Assembly: GCA_026026165.1 (NCBI GenBank)
Contig: JAPEUD010000079.1
Location: 62,001-103,462, forward strand
Source of the DNA: Sarea resinae
Lineage: Eukaryota
Direction: 5' to 3'
Length of the DNA: 41,462 bases
This document shows, piece after piece, positions 1 through 12,261 of this stretch. Position 1 is the stretch's first letter. Every line of letters begins with the position of its first letter. Under the pieces are notes generated by a model, which was not told where the DNA came from, made no database searches, and worked only from the letters and a program-made list of their open reading frames with translations. A program made the translations under genes and the position numbers.

Positions 1-1153
1 GGTTTACCCGCTTCTCTGCGCCGGCTTTGTTTCGTAGATATAGCGTGTCGGCGCTCTGGACACGGCTGACGATCGCTTCGACATTACCAGCACCGGCGGA
101 TTTGGGTGCGACATGCGACTTGAAGATTCCCAGATTTTGCTCCTTTGCACCTTTTTCAGCTTGCCTCAAGGCAGCCATATCTCCGCCCAGCATGGTAGAG
201 TGATGATCAGTACATCTTGCTAGACCAGCCTTCAGGACGAATTCTGCAATGCTACCATTGGGATGTTTCACGGCTCCGACCAGCTGTCCTTGCGGACTAA
301 CACCGACTATGTCAACTTTGACATTGCGCTGTAACAGTCTCGACTCGACGAACTGATGTGCCTCTTCGCCGTAGGGCTCTGCGGGTTGCTCATGTCCGTC
401 GGCGGTAGCAGCTCGTTTCGTCGACGGAGCGCGGATCCCCGCTACCAGAATCAGAGTCTGCGCATGGCGTGTTGGGGCAATCATGAGTCGGGCGATTAGA
501 CGATCACCGCTGAGCACTTTCTCCACGACAGCTATTCCCGATATCAGCCACGTCCAAGCCACTCGAGGGCGGATACCATACCATCTATGCTTTGCCCCTT
601 CCATTGTTCTGCAAACGCCTTTGTATCTGGAATCTCATAGGTATTTTCAATTCTGCCACCGCTGGTAGCCCAGAGACCCTTGGATTCAGCCTTAGCTTTC
701 GCCTCTGCCTCTTGTAATCTACTGAGCAGGGAAGCCGACTCTTCCGAGTCTTCCTTTTTCCCAGCATCGTCCCGCAGCTTGAGCCATCCCTCAGCAACAG
801 ACAATTCTGGTAGTGATTGTCCGTTTGGCAGGTAGACGATTCCGTAGTCTCGTTTCGCTCCTGTCGGAATCGTGTAGAGAACTTGGAACTGTATCACTTT
901 GCCGACCACGAGCCGGCGCAGGAAGTCTCGACATTCGAATGCAAACGGCTGCATGTTTCAGTCAGCGTCTGTGCGAGCAAAGACGGCCACATGGCCCAGG
1001 ACAATAACTGACCTCATCACCTTCCCTTCGTAGGCGCGGCGCAGAGACAAAGGCCAGACTGAGCACTCTCTCTTGGTTCGGATTATTCACGGCCGTCAAG
1101 ATCAACGTATCACCAGAGGTGACACTCTTAACTTTTGCTTGTGAGATAGGCAT
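1..1153 (-). CDS. SND1: Staphylococcal nuclease domain-containing protein (Tudor-SN/p100), 5' part; runs off the left edge
   Basis: Exons 1153-1013, 948-582, 531-<1. GT-AG introns at 1012-949 (branch GCTGAC) and 581-532. Spliced product AKVKSVTSGDTLIL...LSLAFVSAPRLRREGDE/PFAFECRDFLRRLVVGK...LSVAEGWLK...AKAESKGLW and AVVEKVLSGDRL match successive SNase repeats. Confidence 0.93.
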
Positions 1154-2048
1154 GATCGAAGATGGCTGGATTCACGAGTCAGTTAAGCTCCCCTCCAATT
1201 TCGACGCTCCAGGATGTTTAGTAGCCATTGGCATTCGCGCACCACCTGGCCCATAGCTGGACGTAGCACAAACATCCTCGAGCCTCGTCGTGGCAGCTCG
1301 ACCGGCCTTGCAAGTGCATGGGCAGACCGTGGTAGCTTGGGGGTCTCACCGAGTAGGGTCCAAGACGGCGTTTTCAGTGTGAACGGTGAGATGTGCCTGA
1401 GACGAGCGAGAAGCTTGCAGCCAAATTAAGGAAAATATGCAATAGATTAGAGAAATGCGAGAGATTCAGCCTGACTATATAGTGTGAGCCGTGAGGTCGG
1501 TGAATAGACAAGAGCACACCTTACATTCACAGAGAGGGTGGTTTCGTTAAGTCCGCCCTGACGCTACGCTCGCGTGAGCATACGTCGATGGTGTCCTTTT
1601 CGACCAAATTGGGATGTCTGATGTCCCACCTGTAGAGTACATGCCGCGAACCAACCAACCACCCAATCAATCAGAGCTGTGATGCACAATTCACTGCAGA
1701 GCTTCGAGAATCTCAAGCTGATGGACTCTAGACATATGGCATGAGTATTCTCTGCTCCAGGTCCATTATTGTGGAAAGTACAGTGCATTCCCTCGCTACC
1801 CTAGTCACCAGTGGGCCGACGGGCACTCCAAACTAGAAGGGGCAAATCTACAGAACGATTGACACTACGACACGACACGAAGGAACAGGACAATGATGTC
1901 TAAAGCAAGGTATCCATGGCTTTTGGTATTAGATCGCAGCCACTAACTGGCGGATATCAAAATCTTGACCCTACAAAAGTGCCAAACGATCTGGTCGCTT
2001 CCATTCCGTAAGGCGGGAGCAGCTGGACTTGACTCGCATTAGGTTGAT

Positions 2049-2969
2049 TTAAGCTGCAATACCGATGACACCTGGACAGAATGAGTAGACGCCCTGGCAG
2101 CATGAACAGATCGGTACTCACCGCAAGCCGGGCGGGGACCAGCATTGCCAGTTTTCTTCGACTCCTCGTTGCCACCCTTGCCAAGATCATCGGTACCGGC
2201 GTGTACCACGACGGTACGCTAGAGACCTGTCAGCCATACTCTTAATCCCGGCCGAGGATCAACATACTCCTAGAACGCTCTCGGGTCCAATGAGCTTGAC
2301 GAGCTTGTCTGTCGTTGTGCCAGTGGAGTTGCCTTGGCCATCGAACTTGAAGTTTCCGAGGTCACCAACGTGGCGTTCCTCGTCTGTCGGGGCACCGTGG
2401 GTCTTGGAGTGCGGGTTGACTGTCGGCAGCCCATTAGATCTCAACGGTCAGAAAAGGGTCAATAGAAAGACTCACAGTGAGGGCCGGCAGATGTGCAGCC
2501 GTTGGTGTTGTCACCAAACTGGTGGACGTGCAGGCCTCGCTCCGCATTCGAGTCGTGGCCAGAGATGTTCCATGAGATGGTGGTGGGGGCAGACTCGGAG
2601 GCTTGCTCGAACGTGACGGTTCCGTTGACCTTGGAGTCACCACGGAGGACTGCGACTGTACGGATCATCCACGGTTAGCACGGGGTTCGATGATGACATT
2701 CTAGAGGACCTGGAGGGTTTCCTCCCACCAAGGTGCCTCGAGCGAAGACACCATCGACCAGCAGAGCGAATGATATAGCAGCATCAATATATTCGAAACT
2801 TGTCATGATTGTTTTCGTCAATTTGATCGCTGCCCATGATGCAGAAACTCCCTCAATTGCTCTCGATCCGGCCCACCCTAACCCAGAAAGTACTCTACGC
2901 GAGCACCCGGATTCGAAAGGAAGGAATTTGGATGCAACAAGGGCGTCGAAACTTACCAGCTTTGACCAT
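2049..2969 (-). CDS. SOD1: Cu/Zn superoxide dismutase, 154 aa
   Basis: Exons 2969-2957, 2655-2476, 2419-2268, 2218-2122, 2071-2049 (465 nt). Product [12 protein letters not shown]...[36 protein letters not shown]...[15 protein letters not shown]...[17 protein letters not shown]. Metal-ligand His/Asp residues, the disulfide Cys pair and the catalytic Arg are all present. Confidence 0.98.
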
Positions 2970-4666
2970 TTTGAATGATTGATGAAATTATTGGTTTGAG
3001 GCGATGAATTTGATCAGTATTCTCAGTTGAAGGCGAGTCCAGACGATGAGACGGGAGATAAATTGGGGGAAGAAGCTTCTCGGGCATTGAGGGTTTGGAG
3101 GGGTTAAGCGGGGCATCAACGTCACCATTAGCGCAGTTCGTAAACAAAATAAGAGGGGGACTTGGCTCGAAGTATTCCTCTGTACTTTCTCCGCTCTCTC
3201 TCCCAATTCCGTGGGTGGCCATTCCATGAGAAGATCAAGGAGATACCTCTATCGGAGCAATAGAGACTTCTTCACAGGTAGCTCGAGGCATCCCTCTCGA
3301 CCATCTCCCACTGACTAATTCCCCAGTGTGTCCGAACCGGCTCTCAGCTTACTGCCTTGCCCTCCGAACCTTACTCAGCTCCTAGGAATACTTCGTTATT
3401 CGCAAGATGGAATGAAGTATCACGACATCGAGAAAGGATCCAAGGATGCGTCGAAAGCAGGGACAACGGTCCCGATCATTCGTCTCCTCCCGAGTCCTTG
3501 CCGCGAATATATTGTTGATATCTATGGATGGTGGTTGAAGATATGCTAACCCGCCCAGGCTTATGAAGTTCATTGAGAAGAATCAATCATTTGGCCCAGA
3601 TGAATTGAGGACTGATCCATGGCTTCTAGCTGCTATTTACATCACGCATGGCAGAAATGCCAAGGTACAGCCCAGGTATCTCTTGTTCGAGCTGGCGGCC
3701 CTCGGCCGTCAGGAAACGGAGAAACAAAGATACAGAAGATACGTAGGTACATTAGGTACCTACTCCGGAGGTGCGAACCGATTGCTTATCTAATCGGGCC
3801 CTTGATCTTCGCTGTCGCTGTTTCACTCGGTTTCAGGGCCCTCTCACGTGCCGAGAGAGGCCCTGGATGGCCCGTGCTCAGGGCTGATCCGTCAGGGCTG
3901 TAAGAGAGACGAGCAGGTACCGTGCCAGCTCTATACGGCTCGAGCACGAGGACGAAGGAGCGCGAAACAAAGCAGAGGGCGAACGAGGGTATCGAGCGGT
4001 AGAGTAATCATCTCCAAGGGAAAGAGGACAGCCATCATGACGAAGAGGGGCTGTTGTCCTTGTTAGATATGGATCAGTCGAAGAGCTTCATTCTCAGTAC
4101 GAGTAGAGGACTCCGTCGATGATTATGTATGATGACTGCGTACGGAGGAGAGTGCATTCGGGCAAATGACTGATGGGTCTGGCGGAGTCTTGGCTGCAGC
4201 GAGAATATGATGTGATGCGAGGAGGAGGATGTTTAGGAGATGGTCTAGGAGGTTTGGGAGGTTTGGAAGGTCTACTATGGAGGTGACCTGAGGACCTCGG
4301 GACCTTGGGACTTGGGACTGGAGGTACGAATGGAAGTCACTCATCAACCTCGATGGGGCCAGCTCCTTGAGATCTCGCCGATCAACATACCGGAGCATCA
4401 GCCTCGCACCCATACACGAACCTATTCCGTTGCCGGAGTCGTCCGTTCTTCCCTTCTGATTCTTCTGATTGATGCTTCGCGACGCATCGCCCTGCCCCTG
4501 TGAGATGACATAGATCTTCTGGGCCTCGAGTGCGGCTCGCCAACCAAGAAACCCCCGTCCTTTGCTTCTTTGTCTGCCGTCGGATTCGCCGTCGCTCTCG
4601 ACCGCCGCTCGATTCCACGCACGCCCTCGTTGCTGAGATCCCAGTGCGCAACGGCGGAAGACGGCC

Positions 4667-7600
4667 ATGTCTTACTACCAGAATGGGCAGAACTATTACG
4701 GCCATCGTAATGCGGTCCAACCCCCACCGCCGCCGCCACCGCAAGCTCAGAATCATTCCATAGCGAGATCGACGAGTTTCGATGCCGGGGATGACGCTGC
4801 CCTCACCGAATCGAATCAGTCGAATAGTGGACTGGGCTTGAATAGGTACGGACGGTCGGAAGACATGGCGAACGGAGCGTATCGTGCCGGAGCCAATGTG
4901 GGAGCGGCGCAGAATGAAGACATGTACATGGGTGCACTCCCTCCACGGCCATCGCAAACAGCCCAGAGCTCGCCGTATCAGTATCAACCTCAATCTCCCG
5001 TTGCGCCCTATCAAGGCTACAATCCCCAGCAGTTCCAGCGATCTCAAACACAGTCATATCAGACCTATAGCGGTGCAAACAGCCAGTACGGCTCCGTTCA
5101 TCAGCCTTATAATCCCGCCGCCTATCAAGCGCCCAATGTTCAGCGGCATTCAAGCTCTCCTGCGCAGCCCTATGGATTCTCTCCTAGCAGTCATTCGTCG
5201 TCGACGTTTTCACATCCTTCCCCTGGCCAGCCGGCTTATGCGCCTCCCACCCCCTCGGCGCAACACCCTCCCCAGTCGCCATATTGGGATCCGGGCAGAC
5301 AGTCTCAGCATCCCACCCCGCCTACACAATACTCCCCTTATGCTGCCCAGGTCCCTCCGCAACCGACCTCTACATCTATACCTCAACAGTCCTCGGGCTA
5401 CTCTGCTCCTCCACGACTACCTCCCCGTCCTCCCCTTGAGAGCCTTCCGTCAGATGAGTATTACTCAGTGCAAGCGCAAGACACATATCGTCCAGAGACT
5501 GGGCGAAATTCATATTCGCCACGCTTTGAGAGTACACATCCCAGCCAGCGCCGTCTGCCCTCTCCCCCTCGCTATGTAGACTCCAGTACACCCGCACCCT
5601 TTTCGACGCTTCGCCGTCCATCGACTTCATCAACTCACATGGCGGAAAGCCCGCTTCCGCCTACTCCAGGACCACCTCCACCTCAACACTCGCCTCAACG
5701 GACAGATACCCTTACACGACATCCTCAATCACGCCCGCTTCCGGGACCGCCCCCTGAAGACAGTGATGCGGACTATTTCCGGAATGTCAATGGCAATGGA
5801 GTTGGAGAGCAGCAGAATGCATCTCCAGAGCTCACGCAGGATGACATCTGGAGAGAGGTAGAGGCGGCAGTGATGCGGACGGGTTCAGACTCCCGCTCGC
5901 AGAGACTCAGCCCACGCGTGGAGAGTAGTCGTCGATCGACGATTGATGAACAGCAAGAACCGCAACCGCTTTTTGCCGGCGCGAGTCACGAATCCGGATT
6001 GAACAATGGAGGACACGTGAATGGTCAGATAAGCGCAACAGGATCCGGTCAATATGTCAACTACGCCCCATACAGTGATGAGAGCGATGCAGAGGCCGCA
6101 GCAGGACTGGCAGCGATGAACATGGCCGATCAACAGGACTTGGCGGATCAGGCCCGTGGTATGGGCGGCGGTATGTTTCGTGGCTATGGGCCGGGCCAAC
6201 ACTCGGATGACCAAGGTCCTGCAGAGCAAGATCTCGAAGAACCAGACAGCGATAGTGCTTACGGCGTGGATATTGACCTCTACGGGGGAGGGTATGGAGG
6301 GGCTCACTTGCACTACGGAGACGATGTCGGCCACAAAATTCACGAGGACCAAGGCGCAGCAGAGAGCACCAGTCGTCCACTACCAACGCCCGGATCTGGA
6401 GCAGACTCGGGCGATGACTATGGGTACGACTATCCTTTGGACTATCAGGATACGATGCTTCCGTACGCGCCCGTCAAGGTTGACGCTTTCGGTACCGGCG
6501 GGCTGTCAGAACCAACCGCTGGGCGACGGAGGCTGAGTTTCGATGAGGGTGATGAGGTAACATTGGCAGAGTCTGATATGGGTGACCAAGTGACCTTGGC
6601 CGAGTCTGATATCACTGGGATGTCGTCAATGGGCAGCGCTACCAAAGAAGACATGCCCGATTTGTTCTACCACCCGGGACCGTCCCAGAGGTCTTTACCC
6701 CAGGCACCGGATCAAGCAGTCTTGATGCCAGGAGGACCTTATCAACGCTTTCCGGAATTCCAACAGCCTCCACCTACTGATCGTCATTTCTTATCCGCCG
6801 CAGCAAATAGGGATCAAACAACCTCTCCAGGTCCGCTCGGCCCTCGCTCTACGTCGCTTTCGAGTCATAGTAGTACTCCCCAAATGATCCCCCCCATAAG
6901 GTCAAAGACCGATGCTGAAGAGCGTCGCGTGAGGCTCTTGAAACAGCAGCTAGAATATAGGCTCGAGAACGCTGATACTCCAGTAACGTCGAGCATCACA
7001 CTTGACCTTCCGGCGATCCCCCTGGGACGAATGCTGAATCCCGCCAAGCTATCGAATTCCGATTTCAAGAAGTGTACGGAGCCTTGGGCTCTTAGCTCCA
7101 TTGCTGCATGGGTCAAGGAGATGAGTGAGGGATCCACTGATCTGAAGAAACATACTATCGTCGATGGAATCGTTGCTCTCTTCACTCACAAAGTGCCCAC
7201 GATGAACACTGCTGATGCAGAGACGCTTGGTGCTCGGGTTGTCAAGGACATGTTCGAAGCCGGAGCTCTGATCAAGGAGGAGGAATGGGTCAAACTTGGG
7301 GTAACGACGGAAATGACCGGAGTGATCTTTCAATTGACCGGGAGCGGTTGCTATTCTCCAAAGTCGCACAGTCAAACAATGGCCGGGAGATGTTACGCCC
7401 CTCATTGTCAAAGGACTCTCAAGAAAATCAACCTCCAAGCACAACTGTTGGAGCCACAGCGAAAGCTCGAAGATTGGATCACCTTTTACAAATTCAAGAA
7501 AGAGGATCTTGAAGGGGTCCACAAAAAGGAAATTGAACGGCAGAACATCTTGCATGAAATAGTGCAAACAGAAGATATCTTCATGGATCAACTAGATGTC

Positions 7601-10240
7601 TTGCGGCTTCTGTACCGAGATCAGCTTCGAAAGACTAACCCACCCGTCCTCGCGCCAAAAAGGATAGACAAGTTCGCCACCGAGGTATTCGGTAAAGTGG
7701 ACGCAGTCAAAAAGGCAAACGAAGAGTACCTTCTCCCACAGCTCAAATATCGTCAGCAGGAGCAAGGACCGTGGATTGTCGGTTTTAGTGATATCTTCAG
7801 AGAGTGGATACGGAAAGCCAAGGTTGCCTACATAGAATATGCGGCGAACTTTCCAAATGCGACCTTTGTTGTCCGGAAAGAAGCAGAACGTAATATTCAA
7901 TTCCGGAATTTCCTCGACCAGATGAGAGATAATGCTCGATCGAAAAGGCTTGGATGGGACACTTATCTCAAGGCACCGATCACGAGATTGCAACGCTACA
8001 GCCTGCTTCTCGCAACTGTACACAAGAATATGTTGCAGGACACCGAAGAGAAGGCGAACTTGAAGATCGCTATCGACGAAATCAAGGCCGTGACGATGGA
8101 ATGCGACGCCCGAGTTGCTGAGATGTCGAAGAAGGTCGATTTGGCTGATCTTAATTCGAAGCTGGTCCTTAGACCGGGAATGGAACGCGTAGAACTTAAT
8201 TTGAACCATCTGGGAAGAGAATTAATCTTCAAAGGCGACTTGCAACGACTTAGCTCCAATCGATTCAATTGGCTCGAGACTCACGCTCTCCTTTTCGATC
8301 ACTATGCTGTCTTCGCAAAAACAGTCTCTCAACGGGATGCGGCTGGTGGGGTGAAGTATGAAAGATATGATGTGTCGAAGCTGGTATGTCTTTCCGTGGC
8401 CTTGGAATTCTCAGCTAACGCGGTCTAGCCAATTCCCATGGACCTGCTGGTCCTCGAGAGTACCAATGATGACACTGTGGTCAAGTCTGCGGTCAAAGGA
8501 ATCGGAGCTGTTACGACGGTGGCACCGAAGGTGTCGGGAACTATAGAAAACAGACTTGGCCGGATGGCTACGAACACTCCTCCCGCCGATGGGAGCCTCA
8601 CGCTGACGAGCACCAACACGTCCTCCGCATCAAATGGTACGCCCAATGCGAACAGAATCGTCACGAACACCGTCCTCGAGGGTTCGAAAGATGATAAGAT
8701 ACTGTACCCCTTCCGGGTCAAGCACCTGGGAAAGGCGGAAGTCTACACACTGTATGCGCCCACAGCGCAGAATCGACGAGACTGGTGCGACAAGATCATC
8801 GAGGCCAAAACCCGACATGCCGCGTCTCTGTTTGCGCAAAACGCCGAGCCGTTTCGGCTCAGAGTGATCGCTGATACTGCGTTCGGTTATGACACAATGT
8901 CTGGTGGCTCGAAGAGTATCAGCATTCGAGGAACGCCACTCGATCGTGCCATCCGAGAAGTTGAATCGAATTTCAAGACTGTAGGACCGAGACCGGGTCC
9001 AGTCTGCAGAGCGGCTGTCAATTGCGCCACGGCTTTCAATCAGCCTCCTGGCAATCCGATGGTGGCTGTGGGTACTGATTATGGAGTTTTCATCTCTGAA
9101 GCGGATAATCCACGAGGCTGGAGAAAGGTCAGTCTGTTTTATACACATGTAATAGGCTAGTTGCTGACAAGAGAACCAGGCCACCAACACCCCACCGCGC
9201 GTCACCCAAATAGCTGTTTTGGAAGAGTTCGGCCTCATGCTACTCATTGCCGACAAGTCTCTCATCGCGTACCACCTCGACGCCGTCTGTCCGGTTAATG
9301 GCGCCGCGCCAGCCAACGACTCCATCAGACGCGCACCACAGAAGCTCTCAGGAACACGAGACGTGGGCTTCTTCGCTACGAGCACCATGAAAGACCGAAC
9401 GCTAGTGTTTTACAAGAAGCGTGAAGGCCTTTCATCGACCTTTAAGGTGCGTACTTCCTGAATGCTCGGGGCATCCCAATCTCGCCTCAATCTTCCAGCT
9501 TTTAGCTTCCCATCTCCCAAAGACGTACTGACTCTAGCCCCGAATTTCAATTCAAACAGGTACTCGAACCCGTCTTTCAGAAGTCGACGCCAAAAACCTC
9601 CCGCTTCCTCCTCTCGTCCGCCGCTCTCCGCAACCGTGGCACCACGGAATACTTCCGGACATATGACGAGTTTTATATCCCGTCCGACTGCTTCTCGCTG
9701 AATCTCTTCCACTCGTCACTCGCGGTTGCCACCGCGCGCGGCTTCGAGGTGCTCACCCTCGACAAGAAACAGCCCTTCTCCGTCCCCGACCTCAAGGCCC
9801 CGCACGTCGTCACCATCGCCAATCGTCTCGCGGGCCAGAAACCACTGGGGATGTTCCGGCTCGGCGAAGAAGGCGATGGCAGCATGCGCGGTGACGGTGG
9901 CGGCGGCCAGGCCCAGGAGTTCCTGCTGTGCTACGAAGAATGCGGTGTCTACGTCAACCGGCACGGCGACGTGTCGCGGTCGGTGATTATGGAATTCGTG
10001 GGCCGGGCGCGGGCGGCGTGCATGGTGCGCGGCTTCCTGGTGCTCTTCGACCACGAGTTCGTCGAGGTGCGCAACGCGGTCAATGGCCGCCTGCGCCAGG
10101 TCGTGCAGGGCCGCGATGTCCGGTTGCTGGACGATGGCGGGGCGCGGGGCGGCGCCGTCAAGGTCTGCATGCAACATCCCGAGTTCGAGCGCTGTCAGAT
10201 CGTCTTTGAGTTGGTGCTTAATGAGGGTACGAAGGAGTAA
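4667..10240 (+). CDS. Rho guanine nucleotide exchange factor with DH, PH and CNH domains (Rgf3/Tus1-like, Rom2 family), about 1787 aa
   Basis: Exons 4667-8383, 8429-9127, 9180-9446, 9560-10240; all three introns are GT-AG and phase 0. Long P/Q/S-rich N-terminus, DH motifs (EIERQNILHEIVQTE; YLKAPITRLQRYSLLL), PH region (RELIFKGDL; LLFDHY; YPFRVKHLG..YTLYAPT), and CNH region (VAVGTDYGVF; VTQIAVLEEF; EFLLCYEECGVYVNRHG). The Rgf3 rather than Rgf1/Rom2 assignment is from recalled motifs (LTGSGCYS..RCY..HC). Confidence 0.9.
6548..6613 (+). repeat. 33-nt tandem duplication within the GEF coding sequence (GDEVTLAESDM / GDQVTLAESDI)
   Basis: ggtgatgaggtaacattggcagagtctgatatg is followed directly by ggtgaccaagtgaccttggccgagtctgatatc. 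Confidence 0.85.
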
Positions 10241-10246
10241 TGTCAT

Positions 10247-11190
10247 GTTTTTTTTTTTTCTGTTTCCATTCGGGCGCTTTCTCGTCGTTATCTTCTTCGT
10301 ACCTTTTTTTCTTTTCTTTTCAGGGGCATCTACGTCTGTAGGGGTAGCTAGGGCCAGGCTCGGCCAGACTGAGGATCATTGTTTCTCTTCTCTTCCTTCG
10401 TCTTCTCTATATACCTCTCCGGCGGCGCTTTTGTCGTCGTCTATCCCCATCTTCATCATCATCTTCTTACTCTTCTCTTCATGCTGCAAGTCACCCCTAT
10501 CCTCCACATCTCATCATCATTGTCATATCATACCATACCATATCATACCATATCAACGTCCTTGGCCATTTGCTTCCAACTTCCCATTTTTTCATCGCAC
10601 TTTCTGTATGTATGTGTGTATGTGTCTATGTATGTCTGTCTGTATATGTGTATGTAAGTTGGCTAGTTGGCTTAAGTTCAAAGCGCAAGAAAAGGGGGCA
10701 GTCACGGTGGCATCTGGGCGGTTTTTTCTTCTCTCTTTCTCTCTTCTCTCTCTCTGTCTCTTCTACGGTTGCTTTGTGGCTGCTTTTCTTTCTTTTTTTT
10801 TTTTTCTTGGTTGGGTATTCGCTTCTTTTTGGTGGAGGCAGAGCGCGGGGGAAGGAGGGGGGGCTTCTTCTTCTTCTTCTTCTTCTTCTTCTTGCTGTTG
10901 GGGGGTTTGTGAAGAGGTTAGGGGAGAGGGAGAGGGAGAGAGAGGGAGAAGAAAGAGAGCAGAGTAAAAGAGAAATGATGGCTTCTCTAGGGCACGGCAA
11001 CGCGTGTACGAGTGACAAGTGACGAGCGCATAAGTGGTTTGGAATGCCGTCTTTGTTACTCTGGGGCGCATGTTGTGTTGTGTTGTGTTGTGATATGATG
11101 TATTGTATTGTATTGGAGTCGCGTGATGTAGCATGCTTTGTGAGTGTGGTCGTAAGTGGTCCGTAAGTGAATGTGATTGTAAGTGATTGT
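10247..11190. repeat. Microsatellite and low-complexity cluster between convergent 3' ends
   Basis: Poly-T at 10247-10259 and 10793-10805; CATAC/CATAT pentamers at about 10525-10553; TATG/TGTC-type tetramers at about 10605-10655; CT-rich tract at 10725-10760; (CTT)10 at 10864-10893; GA-rich tract at 10920-10975; TGTTG/TATTG pentamers at 11071-11115. Confidence 0.9.
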
Positions 11191-11231
11191 GAATGCGACG
11201 ATATACACGCAGCAAAGATCTACCTCAGCCT

Positions 11232-12211
11232 TTACGAAGTCTCACTTCCTACACCCCCGCCCCCCCCCCTCTCGGCCCTTCTCTCCCCTTTCTCCCCTCC
11301 TCGACCCACACCAGCCACGCCACGGCCACGGCCACGCCACCCTCGCAAAACAACCCCCACATCCCGCACGATCCCGCTCCCGATCCGCCACAGGGCCCAG
11401 CGCGACTCGTACACGGGGTACAGCACGCAGATGACCATGCTGCACCAGACCCAGAGGAAGGAGATGACGATGTAGGCGGTGAAGAAGCGGCGGCTGAAGA
11501 TGTAGGCGGTGCCGAAGAGGGTGAGGGGGATGAGCTGTTGTCGGAGGAGGGGTTAGTGGTGGGGGGGTTTTATGGAGGGGGTGTTCTAGGAGGAGGGGTT
11601 GAGGAGGGGGGAGAGAGCGTGGGGATTGGGGAAAGAAGAGGGGTGGGAGGAAAGAGGGCATGGAGAGGGTTAAAGGGGTCGAGGAAGGGGGATTGTGGAA
11701 ATAGGGGTAGAGGGGGAGTTTTAGAGGGTGAGGAAGGGGAATAGCGGGACATGGAGGCGCGGGTGTGATTGGAGGGGGTATGATTGAAATGGTCAAGAGC
11801 GGATGAGAAGAGGATGTGAAAAGGGGGGCAAGCAGACAGGGAAAATGCGAGAGTGCGGAATGGAGAAGAGGCGGCCCTGTGCAGAGGGGAGGTGGATACG
11901 AAAAAGGAGTAGAAAGGAAGATGAAAGAAAAAAAGACACTCACGATTATGCATATGGCGACGTAGAGCACGTTCACAATCGCCGCGAGACGGAAGCCTCG
12001 TTTCACGAGATTCGGCGCTAGCGGCGGGATGCTGAGTAAGGGCTCTGTGGCGGCCGTGGCTGTTGTGGTGGTGGTGGCGGCGTTGCTGTCGATGTCCTTG
12101 GCGGGAGTGGTGCTGGATTTGGCAGTGGGTGCAGAAGATACTTGTTTCTCATTGGTGGGAACGTTGAGTCTATCTTCACCTGGTGTGGTCAAAGTCACAG
12201 GAGACCTATCA

Positions 12212-12261
<50 letters not shown>

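Noticed and set aside
2680..2695. GGTTCGA T-loop-like word suggesting a tRNA
   Set aside because: No acceptor stem, D-arm or anticodon arm can be folded around it; it lies next to the SOD1 intron branch point.
10083..11215. ORFs of 130-294 aa, including the hydrophobic 294-aa ORF at 10083-10967
   Set aside because: They run through microsatellites and poly-T/CT tracts in the GEF 3' region. The poly-F, poly-S and poly-E content is a by-product of low complexity.
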